From the NCBI GenBank assembly GCA_028023455.1, contig JAQFVV010000006.1:6696001-6760000 (forward strand): a stretch of 64,000 nt of DNA, in the 5' to 3' direction. Origin of the DNA: Epiperipatus broadwayi. Taxonomy: Eukaryota > Animalia > Onychophora. Of this stretch, positions 52,574 through 64,000 are shown piece after piece. The position numbers were made by a program, and so were the translations under genes. The notes under the pieces are model-generated. The model saw nothing but the letters and a program-made list of their open reading frames with translations. It did not search any database and had not been told where the DNA came from. Position 1 is the stretch's first letter; every line of letters begins with the position of its first letter.

Positions 52574-52977
52574 ACAGGAATAAGAACTAGATCTAAACAC
52601 AAACTCTGAGCGTTTATGAAACAGTTTCTATTCAGCTTGCAAGCGTGAATTTTTTAGACATGTTAATGTCTTCGAACTCAGCATAGCAAGCCAGATAGCT
52701 ACATGGGTCTGATATCAGTTCAGCATCATCACATAGTAGAAGCCTCTGCAATATATATCATTGCAAGAAAGACCTCAAAGGTACATTTATGAAAAACAAA
52801 ATCAAGTTAAAAACTTGTTAACGCTTGTATTTATGTCAACAGACCCATGTAGCTATCTGGCTTGCTATGCTGAGTTCGAAGACATTAACATGTCTAAAAA
52901 ATTCACGCTTGCAAGCTGAATAGAAACTGTTTCATAAACGCTCAGAGTTTGTGTTTAGATCTAGTTCTTATTCCTGT

Positions 52978-53021
52978 CTTTCACTGATGATAGCAAATAG
53001 CTTGAAATCATGATCTGAAAG
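52978..53021 (+). ncRNA. Type I hammerhead ribozyme, family C
   Basis: CTTTCA-CTGATGA-TAGC(AAATA)GCTT-GAAA-TCATGA-TC-TGAAAG. 6-bp stem I extended by ATTCC/GGAAT past an internal loop, palindromic ATCATGAT stem III, AUC triplet. Stem II closes with U-U. Confidence 0.87.
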
Positions 53022-53376
53022 TGGAATTAAAGTTAGAGATAGTGAATGCATTCTCTGACGTTTATGTAAACGAAATACGCTTGATGGTGTTTTTGGTAGA
53101 ACGCCATCTGTTGACATAAATACAAGCGTTAACAAGTTTTTAACTTGATTTTGTTTTTCATAAATGTACCTTTGAGGTCTTTCTTGCAATGATATATATT
53201 GCAGAGGCTTCTACTATGTGGTGATGCTGAACTGATATCAGACCCATGTAGCTATCTGGCTTGCTATGCTGAGTTCGAAGACATTAACATGTCTAAAAAA
53301 TTCACGCTTGCAAGCTGAATAGAAACTGTTTCATAAACGCTCAGAGTTTGTGTTTAGATCTAGTTCTTATTCCTGT

Positions 53377-53420
53377 CTTTCACTGACGATAGCAAATAGC
53401 TTGAAATCATGATCTGAAAG
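53377..53420 (+). ncRNA. Type I hammerhead ribozyme, family C
   Basis: Same as 52978 but with CTGACGA, a change at the freely variable core position N7. Confidence 0.87.
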
Positions 53421-53555
53421 TGGAATTAAAGTTAGAGATAGTGAATGCATTCTCTGACGTTTATGTAAATGAAATACGTTTGACGGTGTTTTTGGTAGAA
53501 CGCCATCTGTTGACATATATATATATAATAAAAACACAATTACTTCTATAAAACA

Positions 53556-53597
53556 GCTTTAATATTTCAACCAGTAGACTTGTTTTCATCAGAAAGC
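53556..53597 (-). ncRNA. Candidate minimal type I hammerhead at the PLE 3' end
   Basis: GCTTT-CTGATGA-AAACAAG(TCTA)CTGGTT-GAAA-TA-TT-AAAGC. 5-bp stem I, imperfect stem II, minimal ATAT stem III, on the PLE sense strand about 500 bp after the ORF. Confidence 0.6.
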
Positions 53598-54049
53598 AAA
53601 ATGGCTACTTACAGAAATTAAGCCCTAAAATATTACAGTTACGTATCAGATAATAAAATTAATTCCTATAGGCTAAAAATCTTTAAAAACTTTGTATAAA
53701 AAAATATATATATATTTACAAAATTTTGTGTAAAAAAACTAAAAATATTATTTCACAAAAAACATTTTAAAAAACTAAAACCATACATAATTATTATATA
53801 TTAAAATATATCAAAAAACAATAAAAAAATATATCATTATATATGCACACACTAAAAAAATTGTATACTGTATATACATATATTTTACTATATCTGTTTC
53901 ATTACATACATATATATCTTATGCACATATATTTTTTATATACACTTTATATTTATTCTACTTCGTGCTAGTCCACCTATAAAATAATTATTTAGGAAAC
54001 AAAAAATAAAAAATAATTATTTAGGAATTAAAAAAATAAATCCTTAGGA

Positions 54050-56950
54050 AACCAGGTAATTCAAAGATGTGATAGTACCTATATTCATATTCATCCCATG
54101 AGGATGTAATGTCTTAAATTTAAAAATAAAAAAACTCTCTGTTTTCTTTCTCTCATGGAAGAAAAATTATCTTCCAATATAACCACTCTTAAATCATCAA
54201 TTGAGTGATCAGGTAAATTGAAATGTTTAGAAACTGGTCTATCTTCATTTTTATGTAAAATATCAAACCTATGGTTGGTCATTCTAATATGTAAACTGTT
54301 TGCTGACTCACCTATGTAATGACACAAGCATCTATTACATTCTATTAAATATACCAAGTTTATACTTTTACAATTGACATAGTTGGAGATATACCATTTA
54401 AAACCATGAATGGTATCTCCCTGAACCATCTTTGTAACAATAATATGTTTGCATGTAAGACATCTCTTATCCCCACATGAAAAACATCCCTTTTCTGACA
54501 CAAAATTAGTGCCAAAAGCTGTCCTTACAAGTCTATCCCTAAGTGTCCTATGTCTACGATATACAACTTTAGGTGGATAGGGAAAAACAGATCTCAGATA
54601 ATCTGTGGAATTTAATATATTAAAATGTTTCAATAATATTTGGTTAATATTAGGCAAATCATCATTGAAGGTAAGAACCAGTGGTATATTTATCAACTGA
54701 CTCTTTCTTTTCTTAGATAGAAGTTCCTGCCTGTCAACTTCTGAAGATTTTACCACTGCCCTATCTAACAGTCCTTTAGGATATTTTATATTGATAAATT
54801 TATTATACAAAATCTTGTTATTTTGCTGAAGAAATTCCTGATCACTGCAAATTCTTTTAATCCTTAAAAATTGACTATAAGGGATATTAGTCTTTAAGTG
54901 CTTAGGGTGATTACTATAAAAATGTAGGTAAGCATGACTATCAGTTGGCTTCCTATATATATTAGTACTAAGAATACCATCACTCCAAGTAATCTCAACA
55001 TCAAGAAAATGAACCACTGTTTTAGAAAAATTTATTGAAAATTTTATATTATTATTAAAATTATTTAGATAATCAAAAAATGTATGAAGTTCTTCTTCAT
55101 TGTATGGCCAGATCATAAAGACATCATCAATATATCTCAGCCAAGTATGAGGTTTAAGGCTAGCCTTCTCAAGTATAGAGCTTTCCAATTGAGCCATAAA
55201 AATGTTTGCATAATTTGGTGCCATTTTTGTTCCCATTGCAGTACCTTGCTTCTGTAAATAATAAATAGAGTTAAAAACAAAATAATTATTCTTTAAGATT
55301 AAATTCACTAATTCAACAACAGTCATAATTTTGTGCTGATCATATTCTTTCCCTTTTAAAACAGATTCAATAGCTCTAATTCCATCTTCATGAGATATAT
55401 TAGTATACAATGATGTAATGTCTAATGTCACCAAAAAACATTCACTTGGTAGTATAGATTTGACATTCTCTAAAATAGAAAGAAAATGAGTTGTATCCCT
55501 TATATAAGAATCAAATGATGGAGGAATATCATGTATAAGACTATCTACATATGCTGAGATTTTCTCAGTTGGACATCCAATACTTGCTACTATAGGTCTA
55601 CCAGGACAACCAGGTTTATGAATCTAGGGTAGAATGTAAAACTTACTGGGTTTATTTGAGTTTGGTAATAAAAAATTATATGTATCCCTATCAAGTAGAC
55701 CCTGTACTCTCATATCCTTCAGGCTGGATAGCACACCTTTAAATAATTTATCAACAATAACCTGTGTTATAGGTTCATAAAAATTCCTATCATTTAAAAG
55801 AAGCAAGGCTTTATTCATGTAATCATCCCTATTCATAATTACTATTGTTCCACCTTTATCAGCTGGTTTAATAATAATATCTTCTCTCTTTTCTAAATTA
55901 TACAATGCATTTTTTTCAGCTAATGTTAAATTGCTCTTATATTTCTTGTGTTGTTTCTGCTTTATTGCTTTAATAATATCCTGATAAACATTATCAATAT
56001 ATGTATCAAGTAAAATGTTTCTCTGATGTGGAGGTGTCCAATCAGATTGCATTTTATTAACGGTATTGCATTCATTATTTTCAAAAAATTCTCTTAATCT
56101 AAGTCGCCTAACAAAATTATCCAAATCTTGATGTATTTTAAATTCATTTTTTTGGTAATATGATCGAACTGTTGGGCAAAAAGATAAACCCTTATTCAAT
56201 AATGAACATTCTGCATCACTAAGTATTGCATCAGATAAATTAATAATATTGCTGTCTTTCTTTTTAACTAGATTTATCAATATCTCATTAGATGCATTAA
56301 ACTGTTGATTTTCCGGAAGATTATAATTACATGTGGCAGAATTAGTAGACACACGAGTCACAGATACATCAGCACTACTAGCTAAATTGAATTGTTATTT
56401 TGCTGGCCCTACAACAATACCAGCTGAATCTGAAAATGATTGGACAACACCTGTTTCCAACTCCTTAACTTTTTTAAATCCAGAAACATTTGAAACATTA
56501 AAAAACTTACCAAATATAGAAATAGTTATTTTCTCTAAAAAAACTTGACTTCCCAGAAAAATCACTCACATTTTTAAACCAATGACCTACTTTTTTATGA
56601 AATTTTGTTACCAATATCCTTTCTTTAGAACAAACCCATTCTTGTAATAATTTTTGTTCATCCAATTCCATGACATTGTGAATATTAAAATCTATAATTT
56701 CCTGTTCAAGTCTCTTAACCTTAATCAAAAAAGAATCTTTAAGCATGTACATTAGTTTGATAGATGTTTGTTCTAATATACTATTCCATTCAACTCTATG
56801 TCCCCGTCCCCCCCAGAAGATAATCTATATTAGAATTAATTTTGATTCTCAGACCTTTAGGAAGCACATTATTATCAATGAAAAATACAAAATTATCAAT
56901 GTGCTGCCTGTATCTTATTAACTTGTCAAACAATTTCCTAAGTTTAAGAA
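54050..56950 (-). pseudogene. PLE RT-GIY-YIG polyprotein pseudogene
   Basis: Track ORFs 54091-55434 and 55624-56361 share one frame split by TAG at 55624-55626. A further stop lies at 56395-56397, with frameshifts near 54140, about 56500 and the G-run near 56810. Confidence 0.92.
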
Positions 56951-57258
56951 ATATTGTACTATGAAAAGTCGGTCACTTATTTGTATCTAACTTATTATCA
57001 TCTTGTCTATTCTGCAAACGTAAAGATGATCGCTTAGAAATCACCCCTGTATTACTACTGGTACCATATCTTTCAGTTGCATTTCCAAACAAGATTTATT
57101 ATGACCTGCTTCAATCTCTGAACTAAAAATAGTGTGTTGGTGTGCATCAAAATATAAATTTTTATTTTGTTGATCATTACTATCCTCTTGAATACCCAGT
57201 CCCTACTAACAGCATCCATACATTTGTAGTCATTAATATTACATATATATATATATAT

Positions 57259-57421
57259 GGCTGCAGAAAGGAGTTTGCTATTAACTGAAAGGAGACCCTT
57301 TGATTCCTCTTGGAGGCCTTAAAGGAACCGAGCAGGGCAAATTCCTAATGTCCACTCCATATGTTCTTGTCATTGCAGCTGTTATTACTATGTGATTATT
57401 CATATAGTATACGAACATGGA
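57259..57421 (+). ncRNA. HDV-like ribozyme fold at the RTE 5' end
   Basis: P1 GGCTGCA(57259-65)/TGCAGCT(57374-80) with G1-U wobble; P2 TCCAT/ATGGA; P3 ATG/CAT; L3 TTCTTGT; P4 TACTATGTGA/TCATATAGTA; J4/2 CGAAC; long hairpin in J1/2. Confidence 0.75.
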
Positions 57422-58081
57422 TGGGCTGCTCACCAACACGCATTAGCCAGCGTGGTGAGTTTATTGGCTTTTTACCTCTGAGTTTAAGATCAAGAAACAC
57501 CATAGTCTTTCTTCTCAGTGCCTGATAAGGTAGAATGAATGTTTGTGTAAATGATAAATATTTTTCCAATACATATATACAATTATTACAGACAAAAATA
57601 AAGCATGGCCCTTATTCCCAGGAGGCTGTAAAGTCACCAACCAAGGCAGCAGTTGGTGGCCGAAGGCGGAGGGTGCTAAGAATCCCCTGATTGCGGACCC
57701 AGGCTGCCATTTGATGACAACTTTTTATTTAGGTACTTACAACTGCAGATCACTTTCAAGTGAAGGAATAATTGCAAGAATTAGAAGAAGAACTGTCTTA
57801 TATTAAATGGGACATTATTGGACTTTGTGAAGTTAGAAGAAAAGGAGAAGAAACAATTGATTTAAAAAGTGGACATATACTCTATTATAAAGGCACACAT
57901 ATTGGAAATACAAGTGGAGTAGGATTCATTATAAATAAAAAGTGGAAGAACAATATTGTGGAGATTGATGGTGTATCGGACAGAGTGGCAAGATTAGTTA
58001 TACAACTTAATAGCAGATACCAAATGCAGATAATTCAGGTTTATGCCCCAACAAGTTCTTATAGTGATGAAGTAGTAGAAG

Positions 58082-58082
<1 letters not shown>
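57259..58082 (+). mobile_element. RTE LINE 5' part (5' UTR plus AP-endonuclease N-terminus)
   Basis: ELEEELSYIKWDIIGLCEVRRKGE...GVGFIINKKW...VSDRVARL...IIQVYAPTSS. Stops abruptly at (TA)n. Confidence 0.9.

Positions 58083-58168
<86 letters not shown>
58083..58168. repeat. (TA)n microsatellite
   Basis: Direct reading of the sequence. Confidence 0.98.
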
Positions 58169-58171
<3 letters not shown>

Positions 58172-60088
58172 CCAAACATATAAATCTAATACTTTTAGTA
58201 AAAGGAAATACCCATTTCAGTTTAAAGACTTCTCCAAAAGATTTTCCACAAAAGTTAATGAATGAGAAGCTTTACTCACCCAGTTTATCAATTGCTGGAT
58301 CCTTGTTTTTACCTCTAGCTTGAAATAGTTAGATACTTATTTACTGATCAATATTAGATGGTTAGATGGATTAACTGTAAACAGGCTACCTTGAAAGGAA
58401 AATCTAAATTTGAAAAAATCAATATTAAAAATTTTCACTTTTTAATCAGTCACAGTTTGAACCTAAGTTATTCTTAGTAACAAGCTATGTCATCAGTGAC
58501 TTGAGTAGTGGACCCTGAAGTTCAATTAAGGTCCATAGATTATAACTCTATTGCTGTGACTTAAAGTAGTTAAACTTTTTACAATATTTGATTTTAAAAT
58601 CCAATCTAAAAATTTTATTTAAAAAAATAATATCACACAATTTCTTCACTGATGCCATTGGGAAAATTTCAAACAATGAAAAGTAGAATATCCTCAAAAA
58701 ATCACTCTATGAAGTTTAGGGAGTGACAGACTTCAAAGCTACAAGTCCTGGATTGGCATTTCGCATGTATGAGCGTTACACGATCTCCCATGTACACTAA
58801 TCATTCTCTTACTCTACCAAAAGAGCGATAAAATTTTCCTGATATATATATATATCATAAATAATAATGATGATGATAGAATGGGTTTAGTGCTCAAAAG
58901 TCCCTAACAAATTTTATCGCGGGAAATCACTGGAATCGATCCCGAAGATCCTTCAAAATCTAACACCATATCAGACAGGGCTTTATAATAAAAAATCTGC
59001 GGGGGGGAAACCCAACCCAGTTTTAATTAGTCTCCTATAAATAATAATAAAAACTGGGTAGTTAATTAACTTGGTTTTAAAAAAAAAATTAACACAGAAA
59101 CTGAATTCTGGTTTTTAAAAAAATAATAACAATAACGATAAATTAAATATTTTTCTTATTCAGCATAAAAAAGTTCTTATTTCAAAATTAAATAAAGTAA
59201 TTATTTAATAAAATTGATTTAAAATTGTTCAACAAATTTATATTAAAGCTAATAATACAAAAAACACCTGAATTTTGCTTTTAAAATAAAAAGGTAAAAT
59301 GCACACATTGAAATAGTTGAAAAGAAAATAATTATGATGGATTTATCGTTAATAAATGAACGCGTACGCACGCACTTATCCAGCAATATTTGCTGTAATT
59401 AGTTAAATATCTAAAACTTAAAATCATAAACTTGGATTAATGTAATGCCAAAACATTTTTTTTTTTAAAATAATCAAATATTTTATTTTAAAAAAGTCGT
59501 ATTAAAATTAAGTATATATTAAAAGTTATAACAAATGTAACTTGTGTTACTATGGTAACTATAATGTTATCTGCGAGTCTTATTCACCAAATGCATCTTT
59601 GTATATACATGGTTTTATTAATACATCGACTTGTGTCGTTTAGTACAACTAGAGAGTGGCCTAATGCTGAGGTAGAGGTCTTTACATTGACCCGACATTT
59701 ACCCCCCTTCCCTGTATTCGAAGGTCACATGACCTCCCAAGCGATTAACCATTTGATTATTATTTTTATTTATTAATAAATCTGTTTTAGATAGAATAAG
59801 CAATCAAAATGAGAACTGTAGTATATCATTAAGTGCTTATTGGACTCAAATGTTATGTGATAATATGTAAATTAAAAATATGCTTGTTCATTGATAATAA
59901 TTTAAATCATGTGATTGGTTGCTCTAGAGGTTATGTGATGTTTAAGCACATGGCAAAAAGATTGAGCACAATAGCTCTACTACTGCTGATCTATAGCCCA
60001 TCACTTCTTTTTAATTCTATCATGTCTTTTGAGTCCACTACTCTATCATTGGTAGTTAATCTGATACTTTATCATTCTTTTTTTCTCA

Positions 60089-60180
60089 TGTGTCATAGCA
60101 TCAGCCGGGAAGCGAACCCGCTAACCCGGGACAACTGCTTGTAAAGCAGCTGTTGCTGACTTCTTGACCACCAATGCTTG
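60089..60180 (-). mobile_element. tRNA-Gly-derived SINE, more diverged
   Basis: GCATTGGTGGTCAAGAAGTCAGCAACAGCTGCTTTACAAGCAGTTGTCCCGGG...GGTTCGCTTCCCGGCTGATGCTATGACAC. Confidence 0.8.
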
Positions 60181-60189
60181 AATCATTGC

Positions 60190-60800
60190 TCTCAAATCTG
60201 CTACTGTTTGCAATTCTGTCAATCTATGATTAATTTTAAATTTTCTATTTTACTATCTCTAATGTGGAACACTGTCTTTTTTGTCCTCACTATTCCTTTT
60301 AAATTTAGCTGTGACTGCTTTTAAATGCTCCACTCATGATCTACAATTCTATTACTGCTTTAAAGTCCATTATTCTATCACTAATTGTTGGCTATACTCC
60401 TTTTTTACCACTTCTTTTAAAACTCCCACCTGTCACTGCTTCAGTTCATCATTGTTTGTGTTCTTCTATGCTATCACTTTTTTAGGATGCATCAATCTAA
60501 AACTGCTCTTCACTCACACTTTATCACTGCTTTCAAATTCTTTTCTCAACTGCTTCTTGTAATTTTGATCACTTTTTAAAATCTGCTATTCATCGTTGCT
60601 TTTGAAACCACTGACCCACCCTGGCCATTTTCCATTCTATGATTGGTTTTTGGTCGATCCTTTTACTATACATTTCAATATTCTCCCAATGCTTGAGACT
60701 TTGCGATGCAGCAACTATTCAAGTTCATCACTGTATAAAAGATCTACATACATCATTCTATACCATGGTTCTAAGGTGTATAGGATTATGAAATACTAGT
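60190..60800 (-). mobile_element. Possible decayed LINE fragment
   Basis: Purine-rich minus strand with K/E-rich broken frames (for example LKAVTAKFKRNSE). No catalytic motif. Confidence 0.35.
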
Positions 60801-61947
60801 TAGTCCATACTACTGTTTTGCAGAGTCTGGTATAGTGATAGATTGGAAAACTGGACTCAAGATTCATGGATTATGTCCAATTCTGTCATTTTTGTGCTTG
60901 AAAATTTTACAAAATCCTGAGTGATAAAAATGTTCAATTTTTTAAAATCTGTAGTATTTTCTTTAATATATATATATATATATATATCAGTGATGAAGCA
61001 TGACTTTTTTAGGAATGGAAGCACACTACATAATATTTTTTTTAATAATGTTTTTATTTGACTTGCCACAACAATTTTTACATAATTAATCATTTTTTTA
61101 TTGTGCAGTTAAAAATAAGAATAAATATGGCCCCAGAATTTTAACATGTTTGTCTTCCCTCCTCTGCATAAAGTCCAAATCTTCTTTACTGTTTTTACAA
61201 CCAAGTTGACATATCTGATAATCCCAGATCACTCATGGACTTTTACTATCAAGTTACTAATAGCTAGATATCTATTTACCAACAAATACTAAATGGCTAT
61301 CTGCTTTGGTTCTGGGATGGTGAGAAAATTCCAAGCTCTTGTCCTCCACATCTGAGTAGCACCCGGATCTTTTTATAGAAGTAGATTAATGTGATATATT
61401 TTATTTTCAAAATGATAATACATTATCACTCAAGCACACTTTTTGAATATGTTCTAATTCATCCTGCAATATTGAACATCTATTATAAAAACTGACAAAA
61501 CTGTAGGGGTATTAACATGCAGAAATTGTTTGCAAGTTTATTTAAAATGTCTCCAGAAAGTCAGATTTGTTTTGGATTCTCTGATTATGTGTATTTGAAG
61601 AGTATTACTTCATAAATATTATATATTTCCGATGCTACATAATTAATAGACTTTGTTGTTTACAGGGATGATGGAATTAGTAGACTCTATTAATATGTGA
61701 AATGCATAAAATAGAATTTCATTATCATTTTGGCTTTTCTGTTTGTAATCACTTTTTGATTGAGGTGTTTATTAGCTGCAGATGGAAAATGGAGTTCTAC
61801 TTTTTATCTGAAAGTTATTTGGTTTTGAATTAAAAATGCTTATGGCTTTATTTCTTGAAAGTTCATAAGAAATTGAAGCGCCAGACCAGCAAGCAACAGA
61901 TTCGATCCTGGAATCACCTGATCCCAAGTCAGATATTCTACGCCAAG

Positions 61948-62900
61948 CCATGCATGATTTGGTTTTGAAGATAGATAATTTACAGGATACTTTAAACATT
62001 GATCAATGAAAAATCTATGCAATTTCTGTTTTAAGCATGTTTTGATTTATTGTGTAAATTCCATGCATGTAACTGACAAGTATTTTGACTATTCCATGCA
62101 TGATTTGGTTTTGAAGATAGATAATTTACTGAATACGTTAAACATTGATCGATGAAAAATCTGTGCAATTTCTGTTCCATGCATGTAACTGACAAGTATT
62201 TTGACTATTACATGCATGATTTGGTTTGGAAGATAGATAATTTACTGAATACTTTAAACATTGATCGATGAAAAATCTATGCAATTTTTGTTTTAAGCAT
62301 GTTTTGATTTATTGTGTAAATTCCATGCATGTAACTGACAAGTATTTTGACTATTCCATGCATGATTTGGTTTTGCAGATAGATAATTTACTGAATACGT
62401 TAAACATTGATCGATGAAAAATCTGTGCAATTTCTGTTCCATGCATGTAACTGACAAGTATTTTGACTATTACATGCATGATTTGGTTTGGAAGATAGAT
62501 AATTTACTGAATACTTTAAACATTGATCGATGAAAAATCTATGCAATTTTTGTTTTAAGCATGTTTTGATTTATTGTGTAAATTCCATGGATGTAACTGA
62601 CAAGTATTTTGACTATTCCATGCATGATTTGGTTTTGAAGATAGATAATTTACTGAATACTTTAAACATTGATCGATGAAAAATCTATGCAATTTCTGTT
62701 TTAAGCATGTTTTGATTTATTGTGTAAATTCCATGCATGTAACTGACAAGTATTTTGACTATTCCATGCATGATTTGGTTTTGAAGATAGATAATTTACT
62801 GAATACTTTAAACATTGATAAATGAGAAATCTATGCAATTTCTGTTTTAAGCATGTTTTGATTTATTGTGTAAACTCCATGCCTGTAACTGACAAGTATG
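61948..62900. repeat. Tandem satellite of 146-bp and 116-bp units (about 6.9 units)
   Basis: Unit starts at 61948, 62094, 62210, 62356, 62472, 62618 and 62764. Confidence 0.95.
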
Positions 62901-63419
62901 TATCAACTATATTAAAATCTTCTAGAAAAAAATACTGATTATTCTATGTCTTAACTAGGTACTTCAAAGCCAAACAGAAATTCTTCATTTAGTATACAAA
63001 CAATAACCCAATATAATACATTATTGTTGATTCTCATTTTAAATTAAACCATAAGAACTTCATTATTAGAGAAGACAGCCAGTAGATTCAATAGTTAAAG
63101 ATCATATGAATATTTTTTTTTAAAAAACACTGTTTGCTTAAATAAATTGAACTCTTAATGTTATAGATTTAAATCAACTTGCTTGCATAATTATATAGTT
63201 TTGACAACATTACAGTAAATATATATTTTGATGTCTTCAGTTTTTTATATCAATATATCAACTATAAGCTACTTTATGCTTTATCCAGAATTGGTATAAA
63301 GACAAAATCTATCACATAAACACCAGCATATACGATGCTTTACAGAAGCAAACTCTATTGACTGCTGTCATCTATTGTAAGCTTAAATAATCATAGACAC
63401 TAGATAGATTGTTCTTAAG

Positions 63420-64000
63420 CTACTAAACATCACATGATCACCATTCTTTATGCTTACACTGTTTACACAGAGGCTAAACTCTCATTACAGTAGCGCCACC
63501 CAGTGCAAGCCAGAGTAATCAATGGATGCAGAAAGATTTGAGCATAAAATCCCTGTCTAGTGCCTACTCATCCAATATCCCCACACTAGTTTCTAACTTG
63601 TGACTTTCATCAATGAGGAGCTTCCTGCATTCATTGCTTACAAACCTTCCTGCATCCATTGATTATTGCGACTTGCACTGAGTGGTACTACTGTATGGAA
63701 AGGTTAGCCTCTGTGTAAGCATAAAGAGTGGTGATCTTCTGATGTTTAATGGTTTAATACCAATCCTGCCCAATAGGATTATGATGCCTGTGGTTATTAA
63801 AACCAAAGTCACCAAAATGTATGGATGCTGAACTGAGTTCAGATCTATACAATTATAACAAGCTAATGAGCTTAAATTAAAAAACGTTATTTGTTTTCAT
63901 TTGGACTCAAGGCTTTATAGTTAGCTAATAAGTTACAAAGGGGTTGCTAGAAAGTTGCATTAGATCCTAAGGTTTAAGTGCAGTGATCTCAGATCCAAGG
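63420..64000. mobile_element. Family B composite (minus copy with degenerate HHR, then plus copy running off the window)
   Basis: Minus core TTGATGAAAGTCACAAGTTAGAAACTAGTG at about 63585-63621. The plus copy is colinear with 19660-20007 and reaches CAGATCCA, just upstream of the expected next HHR. Confidence 0.88.

Larger units (their letters stand above)
52389..53516. mobile_element. Family C retrozyme-like array: 1.14 units on minus joined head-to-head to 1.7 units on plus, unit 399 bp
   Basis: Period 399 in both arms (52389 and 52788; 52978 and 53377). Junction at CAGA microhomology 52840-52843. Flanked by (TA)n. Copies are nearly identical. Confidence 0.93.
53520..57240 (-). mobile_element. 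Near full-length Penelope-like element (Neptune-like), disabled
   Basis: N-terminal HIDNFVFFIDNNVLPKGLRI; RT motifs DITSLYTNI, QGTAMGTKMAPNYANIFM and WLRYIDD; Cys-rich linker CFSCGDKRCLTC; GIY-YIG region LVYLIECNRCLCHYIGES. Bounded by (TA)n tracts. Confidence 0.92.

Noticed and set aside
52356-53189. Two near-identical 73-75 aa ORFs
   Set aside because: Antisense readings of the family C monomer. Their starts come from flanking or junction sequence, and identity reflects recent duplication rather than coding constraint.
56333-56548. 71-aa plus-strand ORF
   Set aside because: Antisense to the PLE polyprotein.
57610-57715. GC-rich hairpins in the RTE 5' UTR as a second HDV-like ribozyme
   Set aside because: P1, P3 and L3 could not be assigned in the required order; the convincing fold is at 57259-57421.
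57994-58179. YI-repeat ORF and the tail of ORF 57772-58170
   Set aside because: Translation of (TA)n.
61948-62900. Satellite as a CRISPR array or retrozyme
   Set aside because: No unique spacers, no cas genes, eukaryotic context, and no hammerhead core on either strand.

Overview
AT-rich, mostly CpG-poor eukaryotic (probably invertebrate animal) intronic or intergenic DNA dominated by decayed retroelements. No prokaryotic genes, rRNA, CRISPR array or intact host CDS were found. The main signal is an unusual density of self-cleaving ribozyme motifs, folded by eye and not tested. Three unrelated non-coding repeat families (called A, B and C here; monomers about 470, 447 and 399 nt) each carry one type I hammerhead ribozyme (HHR) with a palindromic stem III. 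They occur as circularly permuted, sometimes longer-than-unit copies with a 5' inverted segment, which is the architecture of non-LTR retrozymes mobilised by Penelope-like elements (PLEs). At 52.4-58.2 kb, three elements are stacked between (TA)n tracts: a family C array, a near full-length disabled PLE (RT plus GIY-YIG, with a candidate minimal HHR at its 3' end) and the 5' end of an RTE LINE that begins with an HDV-like ribozyme fold. The window also holds many RTE fragments, three GIY-YIG remnants of a second PLE lineage, three tRNA-Gly-derived SINEs, MITEs, microsatellites, a 146/116-bp satellite and one candidate signal-peptide exon on the minus strand near 41.7-42.1 kb.
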